A program made the position numbers and the translations under genes. This document shows, one piece after another, positions 32,663 to 64,000 of a stretch of 64,000 bases of DNA. The DNA lies in the NCBI GenBank assembly GCA_964199315.1, contig OZ116712.1, positions 19,220,001 to 19,284,000 of the forward strand. The letters are read 5' to 3'. Below the pieces are notes generated by a model. The model saw only the letters and a list, made by a program, of their open reading frames with translations. It did no database searches and was not told the DNA's origin. The first letter of the stretch is position 1, and each line of letters opens with the position of its first letter. This DNA comes from Orbicella franksi. Lineage: Eukaryota.

Positions 32663-34429
32663 ACACTGTCCTTTACAAACAAAAAGAAAACCGGTAATTA
32701 TTGGATTATTTTATTTGAAATTCATTTTAGTTTTCAGTTTGTTTAATTTGTGGAATTCTTTTCTGTGACAAAACGTTAGAGATGCAGTATTCACGTAATT
32801 GCTTGTGGTTTGGTCCTGTATCGGTTGAACTGTTAAATAATTGTTTTGGGGGGTAGGGGGACGGGTGGGTGAGTGACAAAAACAAATTTGTGTCTCTTGG
32901 AGACGGATGGGATGAATAACTACTACATCTCTTGAGTTGTATTGTATGAATTATTTTGGAGGAAAAGAAACCGTTTGTTTGTTTGCTTTACCAGTGGTTA
33001 TATTATATAATAGAGTGACTAACAAAATAAGAAAGTTATAAAACCACTTTATGGATTAATTGTTGTAATAAGAACCTCCACTATAGGAGAGAAGGCTCTT
33101 TAGAGGATTCGCGTTTTTTGTGATTTAAAGAAGAAAATGCTATACTCTTTGACATCTAATTATCTTGATGATGTTTTTATAGCAAGTCTGTTTTAGGGAT
33201 TAGCAGGTTATTAACCTGCAGATACTGACAGTCGAACCCCGTTTTCTCAGACACCATCAGGATCACATTAAGTGTTGATATAATCCAGGTGTCTGTCTTA
33301 ACCTGGTCAAGCTAAGAGAAAATGTTGGAGCTAGGAAGTAAAATCACTTTCCGTAACCTCAAGGTGTCCGTATAAAGCAGTCATCCGTAAAGCGGGGTTT
33401 AACTGTAGCACTGTAGCTAACAAATACTGTTATTGAGTATAAGGAAAATACAAACTTCAAGGCAAATAGTAACTCAGTAAGTTAATTGAAGCGATGTTCA
33501 TTGTACTACATATTTTTCAGTACATAGCTGACTGTCAATATATATGTTTTTAAAATTTGTATTTATAGCTTTAGTTTATTGGAACTGTAAAGTTAGCTGC
33601 TTTAACCATGAAACGTTTTGTAGAAAGAGCCGTTAGCAATGAAGAACGGTAATCAATAACTTTTGATATGAAATAATCGTAAAATATTCATTTACTGTCA
33701 CGATGGGAGAAACTGAAATAAAGTGTAAGTTAAATGAAGCTGTAATATTCCTCCACTTATTAGTGTTTCTTAGAAAGCGAATTGTTTTGTTTACCTGTAA
33801 GAGCAGAACGAGAGCAATGTTTCCTCTTTACTTGTTTAAGATATTTTTTCTTTTACAACTTCGCTGATAAATCTTTCAAACATTGATTTCACTTTCGGCC
33901 CATGGACTCGAGTAAATAACCGGAAGCGACGCCCAAAATCGAGAACGCGCGCGCGGGTTACAACACGCGAGGAAAAGGAAAGAACACCTGCGTTAGGAGG
34001 GTTGAGGAACTTCATTTCTTCCTCTGAACACCACTCAATCCCGTGCCATATTATTCTTCAAGCGCGTGCTATGCAGATAATGAAAACGGAGAAACTAACA
34101 AACAGTATGTTTATTAATGCATGGATACCTTATAAATGAGCATAACATGAGCCTTGGTTTAATTTCTCCCTTTGTTCTGTTTAGTGGCTTTCTGAAGACC
34201 TATCAGTTTCAATACAACTAAGGCACGTTCCCCCTAGAGGACGGTACAAAAGCTTTGAACCGTCATGAGTTAGCGCTGAGTCTGGCAGACTTTACACTCT
34301 ACTTTTAGACCCCTCCTTGTGTTATTAAAAAAGCCTGGAAATAACAACAAAGATCGGACTATAGTACAGTACAGTGATACAAAGATCAACCAGCACTACA
34401 GTTTACAGAACTACATCAAGGGTTTGACT

Positions 34430-34636
34430 CAAAAAAGTCGCGCCATTTTCTCATCCAATCAGAAATAAAATCAAAACCAATCGTGTCTCGCTGGCGCTCG
34501 TTTCCCCGCGCTTTGCCTCAGCTAAATGTATTTTCTTGGAAATTTGATTGGCCCGTTGGATGAAGTTCGTCCTTTGTGACTGGCTAAGGTGATAACTTTG
34601 GTTTTGGTTTTACGAAACTCAATTGAAAACCGCCCT
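34430..34636. repeat. Dispersed repeat (second diverged copy ~51575-51795)
   Basis: Shared CCAATCAGAA(A/G)TAAAA..AAT..., TTTGATTGG..., AATTGAAAA skeleton. Confidence 0.55.
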
Positions 34637-36066
34637 GACATATAGTCTGGCACAATTAATGTCTTCCCTAGCGTATTCGTGTAAGTGAGATTTGACTTTG
34701 ATTGCAGGTTAATGTATTTTCAGTTTTTAAGTATTTTCGTTTGTAGCTAGCTAGATTTAGTTTACTGGAACAATAAGTTAGTTTACATTGCAATGAAAAA
34801 TTTTTAGAGCTGAACTGTAAGCGATATTTAACAATTAGATTATGAGCTCGAGGTTTCTATTGAGCGAGTTCCCGTGGTTTTCTGCTTTTCACGTGAGCCA
34901 CAAGCTAAGGTAAACAAGAACTAACAAAACCACAAAAACCAGAGAAGACAGAAAGTCACGGGAAAACTGGGAACGACAAGAGAACAGCGTCACAGGAACC
35001 ATGACAGCCACGCGAATCTGACGAGAACAACAAGAAAGTTTTATGTGAAATCAAATGAGTGACATGTGACGTCAATGGCTGTTGTATCGTTGACCAGTCC
35101 TGAGCGCTGACTTGCGATTGATTAATTAGTTAACATTTATTCACTGAAGTGGAGGTGAATAGTACTTTGCTAGTCATCTCCGAGTTAACCAATAACAACG
35201 CGTAAAAAGTACTATTTACTTACGTGGTATATTCAGTGAATTCTTCGCTTTACGGACACTCTCGTAAGCGGACAGCCATACTTACAGACACTTTTTTCAA
35301 TTCCCTTTTTTACCTCCCGGTCAGGCTCTATATTTACACCTTCCCGTAAGAGGACGCCCTTACGTAAGAGTACGCGGACATCCCAGGTATAATAATTGAC
35401 TCCTGGCATGGAAAATTGTCTTTAATTTGCAATAAAAAGCTTCAGTTGTTATTTTTGGCGACGCAATTAAACATGTGATTAAAACCCGCTAATCTGAATC
35501 CTGCCTGTCCGCTTATGAGAATAATTCCCGTAAGCGGACAGCTCTACTAATGGAGACTTTGTCCAATTCCCGAGGGGTATCCGTTTTAATACGAGAGAGT
35601 TGGCTGTACAAGTAAATGATCCATATACCACGTGACTCGAACATTTGACTCGGGGGCCAGCTGATCAACTCACGTTAAGCTTAAAAGGAAAATTATGCGT
35701 TGAAAACGAGTAATTCAGACATAATAATTTTTCTCTTTTCTTGGGTCTAGCGATATTGTTTTTATGCTTTTTGACTCTCGGTATTTTTTTACTGAACGCA
35801 AACTTAACGGAACGGCGGTCAAAATGTCCAAAGCTCTGAGACAAGCAACTGAATTATTCCTAGCGGTTCAGAATGCTCTGCACAAGCTCGCGCTAATAAT
35901 ATACAATGCAAGAATGCCACTCATTCTGTTTTAACAACACTTATCTCGAGTCTAGCAATATTCCACTTCCTTTTGTGAGCATAGACTAGTTCCTATTAGA
36001 GACGAACAAGTAAATCGATCATTGTCCACGGATCCTGATTTTCCAGTTTTTTTCGGGCGCGGGCTT

Positions 36067-36083
36067 CCCAAGGCATTCTGGGA
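36067..36083 (-). promoter_or_regulatory. Staf/ZNF143-like site (TCCCAGAATGCCTTGGG) 24 bp upstream of the MTHFD1 ATG
   Basis: Visual match to the SBS consensus; motif match only, no binding evidence. Confidence 0.4.
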
Positions 36084-36106
36084 CGTTTGGCGGTACCTGG
36101 ATCAAC

Positions 36107-63996
<27,890 letters not shown>

Positions 63997-64000
63997 GTAT

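Larger units (their letters stand above)
4314..34100. repeat. ~18-kb higher-order tandem duplication (TRIM-B-RTE-TRIM-A) x2
   Basis: Constant offset of ~17.98-18.07 kb between paralogous landmarks: 4314/22293, 8012/26009, 9845/27859, 12211/30278. Confidence 0.85.

Overview
Eukaryotic, intron-rich animal DNA, most likely anthozoan/coral (inferred from the repeat families and the TRIM-NHL expansion). Left half (1-~34.2 kb): a head-to-tail array of intronless TRIM genes (RING, two B-boxes, coiled coil, filamin, six NHL repeats). It contains the last codons of one copy at 1-11, three intact copies and one disrupted copy. The spacers form two homologous classes (A after copies 0/2/4, B after copies 1/3). 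They carry an endonuclease-less RTE retrotransposon (twice), a Penelope-like GIY-YIG fragment, two hammerhead-like motifs, a Nin/Deu-domain SINE, MITEs, a 330-bp inversion and microhomology deletions. Right half (36107 to the end): cytosolic trifunctional C1-tetrahydrofolate synthase (MTHFD1), with 31 GT-AG exons reconstructed by hand; the gene continues past the window. The most interesting signal is the clustering of non-synonymous changes in the top-face loops of the NHL propeller among paralogs whose flanking codons are identical, which suggests a diversifying receptor-like TRIM array.
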